A DNA stretch of 47,534 bases from a virus: positions 1 to 47,534 of IMG/VR virus record IMGVR_UViG_3300024520_000007; one strand, 5' to 3'. The notes beneath the pieces are model-generated. The model was not told the DNA's origin. It did no database searches and saw nothing but the letters and a program-made list of their open reading frames with translations. The translations under genes were made by a program, and so were the position numbers. This document shows, piece after piece, positions 32,907-41,738 of this stretch. Positions within the stretch are counted from its first letter, which is position 1, and each line of letters opens with the position of its first letter.

Positions 32907-34039
32907 TGGCATTTACAGGTAGAGCGACTTATTCTAATCCTACGGCAATAGCGGAAGATGTTTCTGATATTATCACTATGATTAGTCCTTTTGAAACTCC
33001 ACTTTTGGATTATTTGGGTGATTCAGTTCGACCAGCAACAAACGTTCTACACGAATGGCTGGAAGAAAGCCTAGCACCTCCATCCATTATCAACTCCACC
33101 GCTATTACTTCCGATACGGCTAATACGACATTCCGTATCAATGGCACGGGCGATTCCATTCAAACTGGTGACTTGCTCAGGATCACGGGTAACAGTTCGT
33201 TGACCTATGAAGAAGTAATGCAAGTTACAGCTACAGCAACCAACTCCATTACCGTTCTCAGGGGCGTAGGCTCAGTCGGCCCGTCATCTTTGGCTCCGGG
33301 CGGGACGGTTGAACTTATCTCCAATGCTACCATTGAAGGTGCAGACGTCAGTGGTGACATTTCCCAAAACAGAACACGCAACTACAACTGGGTACAAATC
33401 TATCGTAAATCGGTAGAAGTTTCCGACACGGAACAAGCCGTAAGCCAGTTGGGTGATATCTCTAACGAATACGATCATCAACTTCGTAATCGTACCCGTG
33501 AGATTTTGCGTGATTTGGAAAAGAACCTTATCTTGGGTGTTGACGCTGGCAACAGTTTTGCTTCCGCTTCAACGTATCGTACCATGAAAGGTATCTGGAG
33601 ATATATCACCACTAACCAGCAATCAGCCGCTACATTCAGTGAGTCCTTCCTTAATGCAGTTGTTATCAAATCCGCATGGGATAACGGCGCACAGGACTTG
33701 GATTTCATTGTAGCAGATGCCAACCTCAAACGTGAGATTGACAATCTGGCAGACAGCCGTATCAGGCAAACGATGGACGATGAAACTTACAAGAGCGAAA
33801 TTACGCTTTATGAAAGTTCCTATGGTCGACAGCAGATATTGCCGCCGAACAGATGGATGCCGACTAACAGCCTGATGGTATTGGCTAGTGATCGCATCAA
33901 CGTTCTACCGTTGGATGGTATGAGCTTCCAGCAGAAACCTCTCGCCACAACAGGACTTGCCACCAATGGCGTAGTCTTTGGTGAGTACACGGCTGAAGTT
34001 CGCAATGAATCAGGATTGGCAAGAGCCAACCTAACATAG
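32906..34039 (+). CDS. Major capsid protein (HK97 fold; the N-terminus resembles the SU10-type family)
   Basis: AEDVSDIITMISPFETPLLDYLG N-terminal motif; size and position; taATG overlap with the scaffold gene. Confidence 0.8.
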   Translation: MAFTGRATYSNPTAIAEDVSDIITMISPFETPLLDYLGDSVRPATNVLHEWLEESLAPPSIINSTAITSDTANTTFRINGTGDSIQTGDLLRITGNSSLTYEEVMQVTATATNSITVLRGVGSVGPSSLAPGGTVELISNATIEGADVSGDISQNRTRNYNWVQIYRKSVEVSDTEQAVSQLGDISNEYDHQLRNRTREILRDLEKNLILGVDAGNSFASASTYRTMKGIWRYITTNQQSAATFSESFLNAVVIKSAWDNGAQDLDFIVADANLKREIDNLADSRIRQTMDDETYKSEITLYESSYGRQQILPPNRWMPTNSLMVLASDRINVLPLDGMSFQQKPLATTGLATNGVVFGEYTAEVRNESGLARANLT

Positions 34040-34075
34040 AACCTCATAATTGATTCTCCTTATGGGTGAAGTGGA

Positions 34076-34108
34076 GGGGTGAACCGTCCGGCATAAGCGG
34101 TTCATCCC
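34076..34108 (+). terminator. Stem-loop after the capsid gene (possible attenuator)
   Basis: 11-bp stem GGGGTGAACCG/CGGTTCATCCC (one G-U pair); the downstream U tract is poor. Confidence 0.35.
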
Positions 34109-34124
34109 ACCCTTTAATAATATT

Positions 34125-34604
34125 ATGAAAATGGGGTTCACTTGCGGATCATTTGACTTGCTTCATGCGGGTCATGTGCTGATGTTGGAGGAATGCAAAA
34201 ACAACTGTGATTATATGGTTGTAGGTTTGCAGACTGATCCCACCGTTGACCGCAGAGAAAAACAAAAACCTATCCAAACCGTGTATGAACGGTTCATCCA
34301 GTTAAGAGCCGTCAAATACATAGACGAAATTGTTGTCTATGAAACGGAAACCGACTTGATGAACGTGTTGTTGTCGTTGATGCCAGATATACGGTTCTTG
34401 GGTGAAGACCATAAACAGAAGGATTATACAGGTAAGGGCATTGAGGGAATTGAAATCATGTTTAACATGAGAAAAAATGATTACAGTTCTACCGATTTGC
34501 GTAACCGATGCGTGGAAGTTGTTTCCTTGTATCACAGCACCATGTCACATGACACGGATATTGAACGTGACGAGGAAATGCGCCCATTGGAGCCTATCAA
34601 ATAA
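34125..34604 (+). CDS. Cytidylyltransferase-family nucleotidyltransferase (TagD / RfaE domain II-like)
   Basis: GFTCGSFDLLHAGHVLML carries the HxGH signature. At 159 aa its size fits glycerol-3-phosphate cytidylyltransferase-type enzymes. Confidence 0.8.
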   Translation: MKMGFTCGSFDLLHAGHVLMLEECKNNCDYMVVGLQTDPTVDRREKQKPIQTVYERFIQLRAVKYIDEIVVYETETDLMNVLLSLMPDIRFLGEDHKQKDYTGKGIEGIEIMFNMRKNDYSSTDLRNRCVEVVSLYHSTMSHDTDIERDEEMRPLEPIK

Positions 34605-34605
34605 T

Positions 34606-34791
34606 ATGGAACATCACGATACTCTTAACCAATTTCTAAAACACCATCCCAATCGGGATTTCAACCCTAATTTCGTTGACAAGGTAAAGAAATCAATCGA
34701 ATTAATGATGAACACCCTTCAAAACCAGAACAACGAAATAGCCAAGCTGAAAAAGCAAATCAAAAAGGAAAATCCAAAGGAAAATCCATGA
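34606..34791 (+). CDS. Hypothetical protein (61 aa)
   Basis: ATG lies 1 nt after the upstream stop, and ATGA overlaps the next gene. Confidence 0.45.
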   Translation: MEHHDTLNQFLKHHPNRDFNPNFVDKVKKSIELMMNTLQNQNNEIAKLKKQIKKENPKENP

Positions 34792-37688
34792 AATACAATA
34801 TCGCTTTCTATTGCAAGTCCATACCCTTCACAGCCGATGCCATCAACCTCAACTCCAGTTTAGGAGGTAGCGAATCAGCCTTGGTATACATGGCACGGGA
34901 ACTGGTGAAACGGGATCATAAAGTTACCGTATTCACTGAGTTCGCTGATCCTGAGAAGGATGTGGGTGTTTATGACGGTGTTCGATGGGAATCTGTGGGT
35001 AACCTATACCCTTGTTGTGAAGCGATGGATTACGAGATCTTTATCAGTTTGAGGATGTGGGAGATTATGGACGCCCCCATCCAAGCCAAGTACAAAATAT
35101 TATGGAATCAAGATGTGTTGAGCCGACCCAAAGACGTAGCGGGGTCGATCTATAAAACCGATGAAATGATGTATGTCTCCAATTGGCAACGCCAGAACTA
35201 TGAAGGGCAGTTACCAGAAGTGGTACATAATCTCGGTTATGTGACAAAGAACGGTATTGATCTGGAAACGGTAGACCGAAATATTGAACGGGATGAAGAC
35301 GGTAAGATTATCAAGGATAAGAACAAGCTGATTTATATCAGCCGACCAGAACGGGGGTTGGCTCCCTTATTGAAGATATTTCCCAAGATGCTCCAGAGCC
35401 GCCCGAATTTGCAATTGAAAGTGGCACGCTATTATTCTATGTATGAACCCAACCCCGAAGTGAAACGCATTTGTGATGAAGCTGATAAGATTATGGAAGT
35501 AACGGATAACGTGGAATATCTGGGCAACTTGGGTAAAGACGAATTGTATCAAGAAATAGCGTCCAGCAACTTGATGGTTTATCCGGGCGTTCCCCATTTT
35601 GATGAAACAAGTTGTATCGCCGCCCTTGAAGCTCAAGCCTGTCAAACCCCGCTTATCTGTTCCTCTAAAGGTGGATTGGTGGAAACCATGAACGCCTTTG
35701 CTGGAGCTAAAATCGAAGGGAGTGCCTTTACCGATGAATACCATCAGGAATTCATTAAACAAGCCTTCTACCTGATGGATAATGACCAAGCCTATGAACG
35801 TGCGCAGAAAGATGGGAGAGCTTGGGTGGAAAGGAATTATCAGTACAAAGATATAGCAGGGGAGTGGGAAGAACATTTTGATGATTTCTTTGAACGGCGA
35901 TATGCTGAGAACAAAAACAAAGTAGTTGAGAACCTTATACATTTCGATGATTTCTTTGCCGCTAGGGTAGCCGATCCCGATTGCGTATTACCCGAAGCTA
36001 ACGAGTCACCCGAAACCTACGCTAAGAACGCCATTGCCATCAGTGACGAAATTGGTGAAGGGCGGTTCCGTGCCATGTTGACGGTTGCCCGTGAATGTAA
36101 CCCTGCACCTGACCGTATATTGGATTTTGCTTGCGGTAACGGTTCTTTGACCCATGACTTGAAAACGGTATTCCCAGACGCTGAAGTCATGGGGGTGGAT
36201 TATGCTTCCGACCTGATAGAAAAAGCAATTATCTTCTGTGAAGAACGGGAGGTGGATATTGAGTTTAGGGTAGGTTCGTTTGAAGCGGTGGATGAAACAG
36301 AGAAATTCGATATCATTATGTGCGGTGAATTTCTGGAACATCACGACGATTATAAAAATGTGATTGAGTACATGGAAGCCAGATTAGCACCCGAAGGGTA
36401 CATTATCTGGTCAGTACCTCACGGGGCATTACATGAACACTTGTTAGCTACTAGCGGTTCGGTTAGGTTGGGCAATGGTAGGTTGGTGGAGTTAGAAATA
36501 CGGGGTCACAAAATACACTGGGACTATTCCACTATCCATGAAGTATTTGGTGAGAAACCCAACTTCATTGCTTCACATTTGTGCTACCCACCAACGCCAA
36601 GAGGATGTATGACAGGCTGTTTCGTTATCAGGCATCAGCAAGGGGTTACGGGTGAGGTTAATTGGGATCGCAAGATAAAGACCATGCGACCGTATCAATC
36701 CCTATCAGTTTGTATGATAGCCAAGAACGAATCCAAAGATTTGGAACGGTGTTTGGCTTCGGTGGAACGCATAGCTGATGAGATTATTCTGTGTGATCAT
36801 GGTTCCTATGACGACACGGTAGCAATTGCTGAAAGGTTCGGAGCCAAGGTAAAGCATATGCCAGCCTTTTGCCCTGATTTACCAGCCATTACCGACATGG
36901 ATGGCAACCCCATTAATATCCCCGCTCCGGGCAGTTTTGAGTGGGCGAGAAACGCTTCTATCGAGGATGCTGTAGGGGATTGGATATTGTGGATTGATGC
37001 TGATGAGGTGTTGGAGAGTCCTCTGTTTTTGCGTCAGCATTTGGATACCTCTATCTATGAAGGGTTCGTTGTCAGGCAGAACCATTTGATTTGGGATGCT
37101 GAGAACAGGCATGACAAACCCGTGAGACTGTTTCGCAATAACAAGGGGTATCGATTCTGGGGAGCCATCCACGAACATTGCCAGAAAGATATTAACTCAC
37201 CGATAGAGCCAGCATTTGAACTTCAGCATACCCAGATAATGCACTACGGCTATATCACGGAAGCTGGTAGGCAAGATAAATGTAAGGACAGAAACCTTGC
37301 CTTATTGATGGTTGACAGAGTGCTTAATCCTGAGCGGGAATTGGGTAAGGTGCTGTTACAACGTGACTATTTGAACATGGTACATTGGGAAGTGCAGAAA
37401 CACGGGCAAGTGACACCTCAAGCGAGGGAATATCTGACCACCATTATTGAATTGTATCAAACCAACTTCACCGATCCAAAACAACGAATGCACGACCTCA
37501 GTTTTGAGCAGTATCAAAAAGCTCTTGAATGGTTGGATCACGGTATTCCGTTTAATGTTTCCATTGAACCAGCCAGTAAGGAAAACCTTAATGGAGCCAA
37601 ACGGTTCTTATCGCATGATGAATTACAAACGTATGTAGCCAAACAAACGGCTGAAGCCCTTGACCAATCAGGGTTCATAATTTCATAG
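34788..37688 (+). CDS. Trifunctional fusion: GT4-type (GT-B) glycosyltransferase, class I SAM methyltransferase, GT2-type (GT-A) glycosyltransferase
   Basis: SLGGSESALVYMARELVKRDHKV and ETSCIAALEAQACQTPLICSSKGGLVET (GT4); ILDFACGNGSLTHDL...FDIIMCGEFLEH (MTase); LSVCMIAKNESKDLERCLASV...ILCDHGSYDDT...WILWIDADEVL (GT2). Confidence 0.85.
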   Translation: MKYNIAFYCKSIPFTADAINLNSSLGGSESALVYMARELVKRDHKVTVFTEFADPEKDVGVYDGVRWESVGNLYPCCEAMDYEIFISLRMWEIMDAPIQAKYKILWNQDVLSRPKDVAGSIYKTDEMMYVSNWQRQNYEGQLPEVVHNLGYVTKNGIDLETVDRNIERDEDGKIIKDKNKLIYISRPERGLAPLLKIFPKMLQSRPNLQLKVARYYSMYEPNPEVKRICDEADKIMEVTDNVEYLGNLGKDELYQEIASSNLMVYPGVPHFDETSCIAALEAQACQTPLICSSKGGLVETMNAFAGAKIEGSAFTDEYHQEFIKQAFYLMDNDQAYERAQKDGRAWVERNYQYKDIAGEWEEHFDDFFERRYAENKNKVVENLIHFDDFFAARVADPDCVLPEANESPETYAKNAIAISDEIGEGRFRAMLTVARECNPAPDRILDFACGNGSLTHDLKTVFPDAEVMGVDYASDLIEKAIIFCEEREVDIEFRVGSFEAVDETEKFDIIMCGEFLEHHDDYKNVIEYMEARLAPEGYIIWSVPHGALHEHLLATSGSVRLGNGRLVELEIRGHKIHWDYSTIHEVFGEKPNFIASHLCYPPTPRGCMTGCFVIRHQQGVTGEVNWDRKIKTMRPYQSLSVCMIAKNESKDLERCLASVERIADEIILCDHGSYDDTVAIAERFGAKVKHMPAFCPDLPAITDMDGNPINIPAPGSFEWARNASIEDAVGDWILWIDADEVLESPLFLRQHLDTSIYEGFVVRQNHLIWDAENRHDKPVRLFRNNKGYRFWGAIHEHCQKDINSPIEPAFELQHTQIMHYGYITEAGRQDKCKDRNLALLMVDRVLNPERELGKVLLQRDYLNMVHWEVQKHGQVTPQAREYLTTIIELYQTNFTDPKQRMHDLSFEQYQKALEWLDHGIPFNVSIEPASKENLNGAKRFLSHDELQTYVAKQTAEALDQSGFIIS

Positions 37689-37697
37689 GAGATATTT

Positions 37698-38306
37698 ATG
37701 GCAGTCCGAGCAAGTATGAGCGACCTCATTACCTATACCAAACGCTTAGTCAATCAGACAGCGGCGGCATCACCTTGGACAGAACAGCAGATACAGGATG
37801 TTCTTGACCAGCATCGGACGCATTTCAATTTCATATTGCTTGACCATGACAGCCAGTATAACTTCTATTATACCCGTGCCTATAACCGTGAATCGTTGGC
37901 ACTTGCCGACAGCCTTACATACGGGGAAAGCAACTTGTCAGGAGTCACGGTTCCCGATTTCAGTCTGTATACTCAAGTGGGATTCTTTGAATCCGATATA
38001 GCCTTATATAATGGCAGGGATACCAGTAACACAGCGCATTCGCCCGACGATACCAACCTTTATGACGGCACGTTCATATTCAGTACGGCTCCTGATACTG
38101 ACTTATACGTTTTCGGTAAGGGTTACAACGTTTGGGCGGGAGCGGCTGACCTATTACTCGAAACACCTGATTTCGGAAGGTTGCCCTTGAAATCTGAATC
38201 ACGGGGAGCCGTATCACAGACAATTTCTTGGAATGATAAAATCACCATGTATTATCAGCGGGGAGCCAAGCTGAACCGCAGAATAACCAAGCTGTTGAGG
38301 GCATGA
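37698..38306 (+). CDS. Virion protein, possible head-tail adaptor
   Basis: AGGAGA RBS; called from position only. Confidence 0.4.
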   Translation: MAVRASMSDLITYTKRLVNQTAAASPWTEQQIQDVLDQHRTHFNFILLDHDSQYNFYYTRAYNRESLALADSLTYGESNLSGVTVPDFSLYTQVGFFESDIALYNGRDTSNTAHSPDDTNLYDGTFIFSTAPDTDLYVFGKGYNVWAGAADLLLETPDFGRLPLKSESRGAVSQTISWNDKITMYYQRGAKLNRRITKLLRA

Positions 38307-38307
38307 T

Positions 38308-38643
38308 ATGAACCTGTTTATAAACGCTACTGATATCACGACTGTGACGATCAATCAAATGGTGTTCAGTCAGGATAGCGACTTCAATTACACTGATGCC
38401 GATTCAGCTTTACAGACGGATGTACAGGTAGATATTCAACCGTTCCAAGTGCGTTATGCGGAATCGGAATCGGGGGGTACGACACGGATAACGCACCTGA
38501 TGTTTTCACAGCAATATGCTAATGTGACATCAGCCCAGAAAAGCGGAGATGTAAGCGTTACAGATGGCGCAACAACCTACGATATACGCACTGTGAAGGA
38601 TTATGTCTCCCACATGGAATCTGAGCTAGAGGAACGGACATAA
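38308..38643 (+). CDS. Head-tail joining (head closure) protein-like
   Basis: Size, position and pattern (...DIQPFQVRYAESESGG...YDIRTVKDY). Confidence 0.45.
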   Translation: MNLFINATDITTVTINQMVFSQDSDFNYTDADSALQTDVQVDIQPFQVRYAESESGGTTRITHLMFSQQYANVTSAQKSGDVSVTDGATTYDIRTVKDYVSHMESELEERT

Positions 38644-38996
38644 TGGGGTTCGATCTGAAATTCAACAAAGTCAAAGCCAATCAAGCGTTGACCAAACAAC
38701 GGCAGATTATTAACAAGATTGAAACCAAAGCGCATCAGGTGCTTGATGCAGTCGCTAGGGAAGGGGTGAACGCTTCCAAAGACAAAGGCAGGGCTGACAC
38801 ATGGCAAGATCAAACAGGGAACCTCAGAAGCAGTATTGACCATTTTGTAGAGAAAACTTTTAAGGGTGAGCAAGCTGTTGTGTTTGCTGGTATGGATTAC
38901 GCCCCATTCGTCCACTTTCGGGATGGGTACAGGGTGTTGGTCATGCCCGATAGCGATACCATAAAGAAATATACCAACATACTCAAAAACCTATAA
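38643..38996 (+). CDS. HK97 gp10-like head-tail connector
   Basis: WQDQTGNLRSSI...VVFAGMDYAPFV resembles the gp10 family (TGNLR.SI, Y..fvE). Confidence 0.6.
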   Translation: MGFDLKFNKVKANQALTKQRQIINKIETKAHQVLDAVAREGVNASKDKGRADTWQDQTGNLRSSIDHFVEKTFKGEQAVVFAGMDYAPFVHFRDGYRVLVMPDSDTIKKYTNILKNL

Positions 38997-39008
38997 AGGA
39001 GGAAGGAA

Positions 39009-39140
39009 ATGCCGTACAAAAACATTAACCGTAAATCGTTGCAACCGAAATCTCCCAACAGGAAGAAACGAAACCCGAAACGTAAGGTCGTGTCCAAGAA
39101 GAAAAGGAAAGCCCATTCATTCTATTATGGGCAAGCGTGA
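39009..39140 (+). CDS. Extremely basic 43-aa peptide
   Basis: RBS aAGGAGGAAGGAAATG; MPYKNINRKSLQPKSPNRKKRNPKRKVVSKKKRKAHSFYYGQA, translated by hand. Confidence 0.35.
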   Translation: MPYKNINRKSLQPKSPNRKKRNPKRKVVSKKKRKAHSFYYGQA

Positions 39141-39151
39141 GGAACTAGAAA

Positions 39152-39574
39152 TTGATTACCGTAGATAATTATCTGACAGGGGTAGCCAAGCTGATAAACG
39201 ATTCCAGTGTTACCAGCCAGTTAAACGGCGGCATCACCAAGGGAGCCAAGCGTCCTGATAATGTGGATTATCCGTGTCTGACCGTGTTGGGTACGGAAGC
39301 ATCGGTAGGGCAGAATACGGAACTGCAAACCTTTAATGGCATTATCAATATCTTTGTGGCATCCAACGGGAACGGTACAGCACCTACCAGTGCATTAAGC
39401 AGTATCGAATCAGCCTTGATAGCTTTGGTCAATGTCGTCAATTGGGATAACGGAACTACCCGTTGCATCTCACAATATTTTACAGGTACAACACAACCGT
39501 TTTGGGATCCCAATGACGGGAACGTGCATTTTTGCGCTTTACAATTACGATCTTTCATGGTCGATGCCAGTTAA
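39152..39574 (+). CDS. Tail terminator/completion-like protein (TTG start)
   Basis: Called from position before the tail tube block; GAGGAA RBS. Confidence 0.4.
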   Translation: MITVDNYLTGVAKLINDSSVTSQLNGGITKGAKRPDNVDYPCLTVLGTEASVGQNTELQTFNGIINIFVASNGNGTAPTSALSSIESALIALVNVVNWDNGTTRCISQYFTGTTQPFWDPNDGNVHFCALQLRSFMVDAS

Positions 39575-39598
39575 ACCTTAACAAAAGGAGGAAATTAT

Positions 39599-40180
39599 AT
39601 GAGTGACATTACTATAAGGGATTTGGATACTAGCAACTATCCAAATGTGCAAGCAACGGCTGTTCGAGGTTCCGATCAGGCTTCCGTTGATGTGTCAGGT
39701 ACTTATGTTATTGTGGGTGCTGACGCTGATGCTAAACAACAGGATTTGGGGGTGAAATTGCTTAAACGGGCAATAACATCTTTTGCTGATTTTGACGCTC
39801 AGGCGGCACGGAATGCGGCTTTCTATTCTAACCGTGACGACTTGAAAGGGTTGGAAGATAAATCCATTGTCAGCCCTGCTACACCGACTGACCCGACAGT
39901 TAGCATCTCCGCTACTGCCACTCTGGTAAAAGTTACGGGGTCAACAGATACCGTGACTCAGAGCCTAACTATAGGATTGACCGATCAGGACGGGAGATTG
40001 GTTCATAACCAGAATCTAATCGAAGGGTCGGACGGATTTGCCACGCAATCTTATTCCATATCGCTGAAAAAAGCCGATCATATTGGCTTGGATACAGCGA
40101 CTAAACTAACAGCCACCGTGACAGCTACCAATGAAATTGGTGTTGCGTCTAACGCAGTATCTGAAACATGGGAAAGCTAA
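39599..40180 (+). CDS. Virion protein with a Thr/Ser-rich Ig-like C-terminal half
   Basis: Strong RBS AAGGAGGaaattatATG; C-terminal beta-rich repeats TVSISATATLVKVTGSTDTVTQSLTIGL. Confidence 0.45.
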   Translation: MSDITIRDLDTSNYPNVQATAVRGSDQASVDVSGTYVIVGADADAKQQDLGVKLLKRAITSFADFDAQAARNAAFYSNRDDLKGLEDKSIVSPATPTDPTVSISATATLVKVTGSTDTVTQSLTIGLTDQDGRLVHNQNLIEGSDGFATQSYSISLKKADHIGLDTATKLTATVTATNEIGVASNAVSETWES

Positions 40181-40398
40181 ACACAAAATTCAAATGGATG
40201 GGGCAGGGAGAATCCAATTACATTCCCGAAGTGCCGTGTCCTTTGTATGAAGATCAACATTCAGTTGTCGTTACTCCGAATTATTGCATGGAGTCCAAAT
40301 GCGTGTGGTTCAGCCACTATTATGAGGACGGGGTGGAATGCAAACATGGTGATGATGATTGGAAACAACAGCTAACAGCTAGAGGGGTAATATTGTAA
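40168..40398 (+). CDS. Hypothetical Cys-containing protein (76 aa)
   Basis: ORF track only. Confidence 0.35.
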   Translation: MGKLNTKFKWMGQGESNYIPEVPCPLYEDQHSVVVTPNYCMESKCVWFSHYYEDGVECKHGDDDWKQQLTARGVIL

Positions 40399-40931
40399 TG
40401 GCTACGAATCAACAAAAACTAATGGTCGGTGCAGGGTCAGTTCTAACGGATGTTGCTACCACCGCAGGGAATTTTTATGATCTTGGGGGATACCGTGACA
40501 GCTTGTCTATTCGGTTCTCCGAAGAACGGTTCAACTTGGAAGTAGCGGATCATCTTTGCTATGTCAAATCGGTACGAACACGATTGGACGCTTTCGTCAA
40601 TACTTCGTTGGTGCAAGCTACCCATGAAAGTCTGATAAATGCTATCGGGTTCACCGCCGCCAGTATGCCAGCAACAGCGGCTACTTCAATGGAACTGAAG
40701 ATCCAAGAACCGGGAATTTCAGCCATGAAATTTATCGGTGGAACAGCAGGGTCTACCGCTTCCTTCGACTTGGTGAGTTATATCTTCAGCCAAACCGTAC
40801 CGATGACTGATGCCGAATTGTCATACGCCAAAGACGGTGAAACCTTGATACCTATTTCTTACATGGTATTAGGAACCATATCAGGTGCTAATGCTTCCTT
40901 CGGTTGGGTTGATCAATCAGTCAGTATTTAA
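40398..40931 (+). CDS. Major tail (tube) protein
   Basis: Size, position just upstream of the chaperone and TMP genes, and a tube-like pattern (GSVLTDV...LGGYRDSLSIRFSEE...LSYAKDGETLIPISYMVLG). Confidence 0.55.
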   Translation: MATNQQKLMVGAGSVLTDVATTAGNFYDLGGYRDSLSIRFSEERFNLEVADHLCYVKSVRTRLDAFVNTSLVQATHESLINAIGFTAASMPATAATSMELKIQEPGISAMKFIGGTAGSTASFDLVSYIFSQTVPMTDAELSYAKDGETLIPISYMVLGTISGANASFGWVDQSVSI

Positions 40932-40941
40932 CGGGGAACAT

Positions 40942-41517
40942 ATGAACCAAGAACAAGACACTACCACGCAAGAACAAAACAGCGAAACTCCAGCAGAACC
41001 AGAGGTAAGCGATGCGGCGAAAATGATAATGGAACGCCTAACGGTAATCGAAAACCGTATGGACAATATCTCCACCAACGGCACAGCCGAGCAACAGGAA
41101 CAAGGACGTGAAGTGGCGGCAGATATACCAGAGATTTTCGAGATAACTCCGAGAAATGGCGAACCCGTTACATTAACGTTGCATCATCCATCATTCTACA
41201 AATTGGAGTTTGTCGCCGATGAAGTTGAAGCGATGCTGAGTCTAGTGAAATCTGATGAGAATCTAATGACGGAAACAGGGGTAGGAAACTTCTTTTTACG
41301 CATCTTGGGACGCAGAGAACTCAGGGATCATGTATACAAGGTTTTGCAGATAGTGCTTGACCCGTTACCTGATCCCGACATGGACGATTTGTCTGTATCG
41401 GTCGACCTGATAAAACTGCTTAATCCCGCCGAAGTGATTGATGCACTTGTTAAAAAGTCCACCCCTTTTTTCATCAGGGCATTACAGATCTTCAAACTGA
41501 GTCGGGACAGCACTTAA
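40942..41517 (+). CDS. Tail assembly chaperone (G-like)
   Basis: Acidic protein directly upstream of the TMP gene; contains the slippery heptamer near its 3' end. Confidence 0.7.
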   Translation: MNQEQDTTTQEQNSETPAEPEVSDAAKMIMERLTVIENRMDNISTNGTAEQQEQGREVAADIPEIFEITPRNGEPVTLTLHHPSFYKLEFVADEVEAMLSLVKSDENLMTETGVGNFFLRILGRRELRDHVYKVLQIVLDPLPDPDMDDLSVSVDLIKLLNPAEVIDALVKKSTPFFIRALQIFKLSRDST

Positions 41518-41738
41518 TCCCTTCGTATCTCAATTTCGTTCAGCTTGAACTTAATCTGTGCCGCATTGCCCACATTCCACCTGACTATATATATAGAAAG
41601 ATGTCGTATTTGAAGTTGTTATCTCTCTGCCATGTCCTGTCTTTAGAGGAACAAGGACGCAAGGAAGAAGAACGACAACGCAAAGTGGATGAGTTCTCCC
41701 AAGGTGCAGGGGAACGGTTCCGTAGAGGACAAATGTAA
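41466..41738 (+). other. -1 programmed frameshift site (U UUU UUC at 41466..41472) and the T-like extension open to 41738
   Basis: In frame the sequence reads cct ttt ttc. The -1 frame is open from the heptamer to TAA 41736..41738, which abuts the TMP ATG at 41739. The predicted fusion is about 265 aa. Confidence 0.55.

Noticed and set aside
33820-34047. Minus-strand 75-aa ORF with a perfect AAGGAGAATCAATTATG-like start signal
   Set aside because: It lies entirely antisense to the capsid gene 3' end and has a non-protein-like composition. The signal is kept only as a possible RNA-level feature (see findings).
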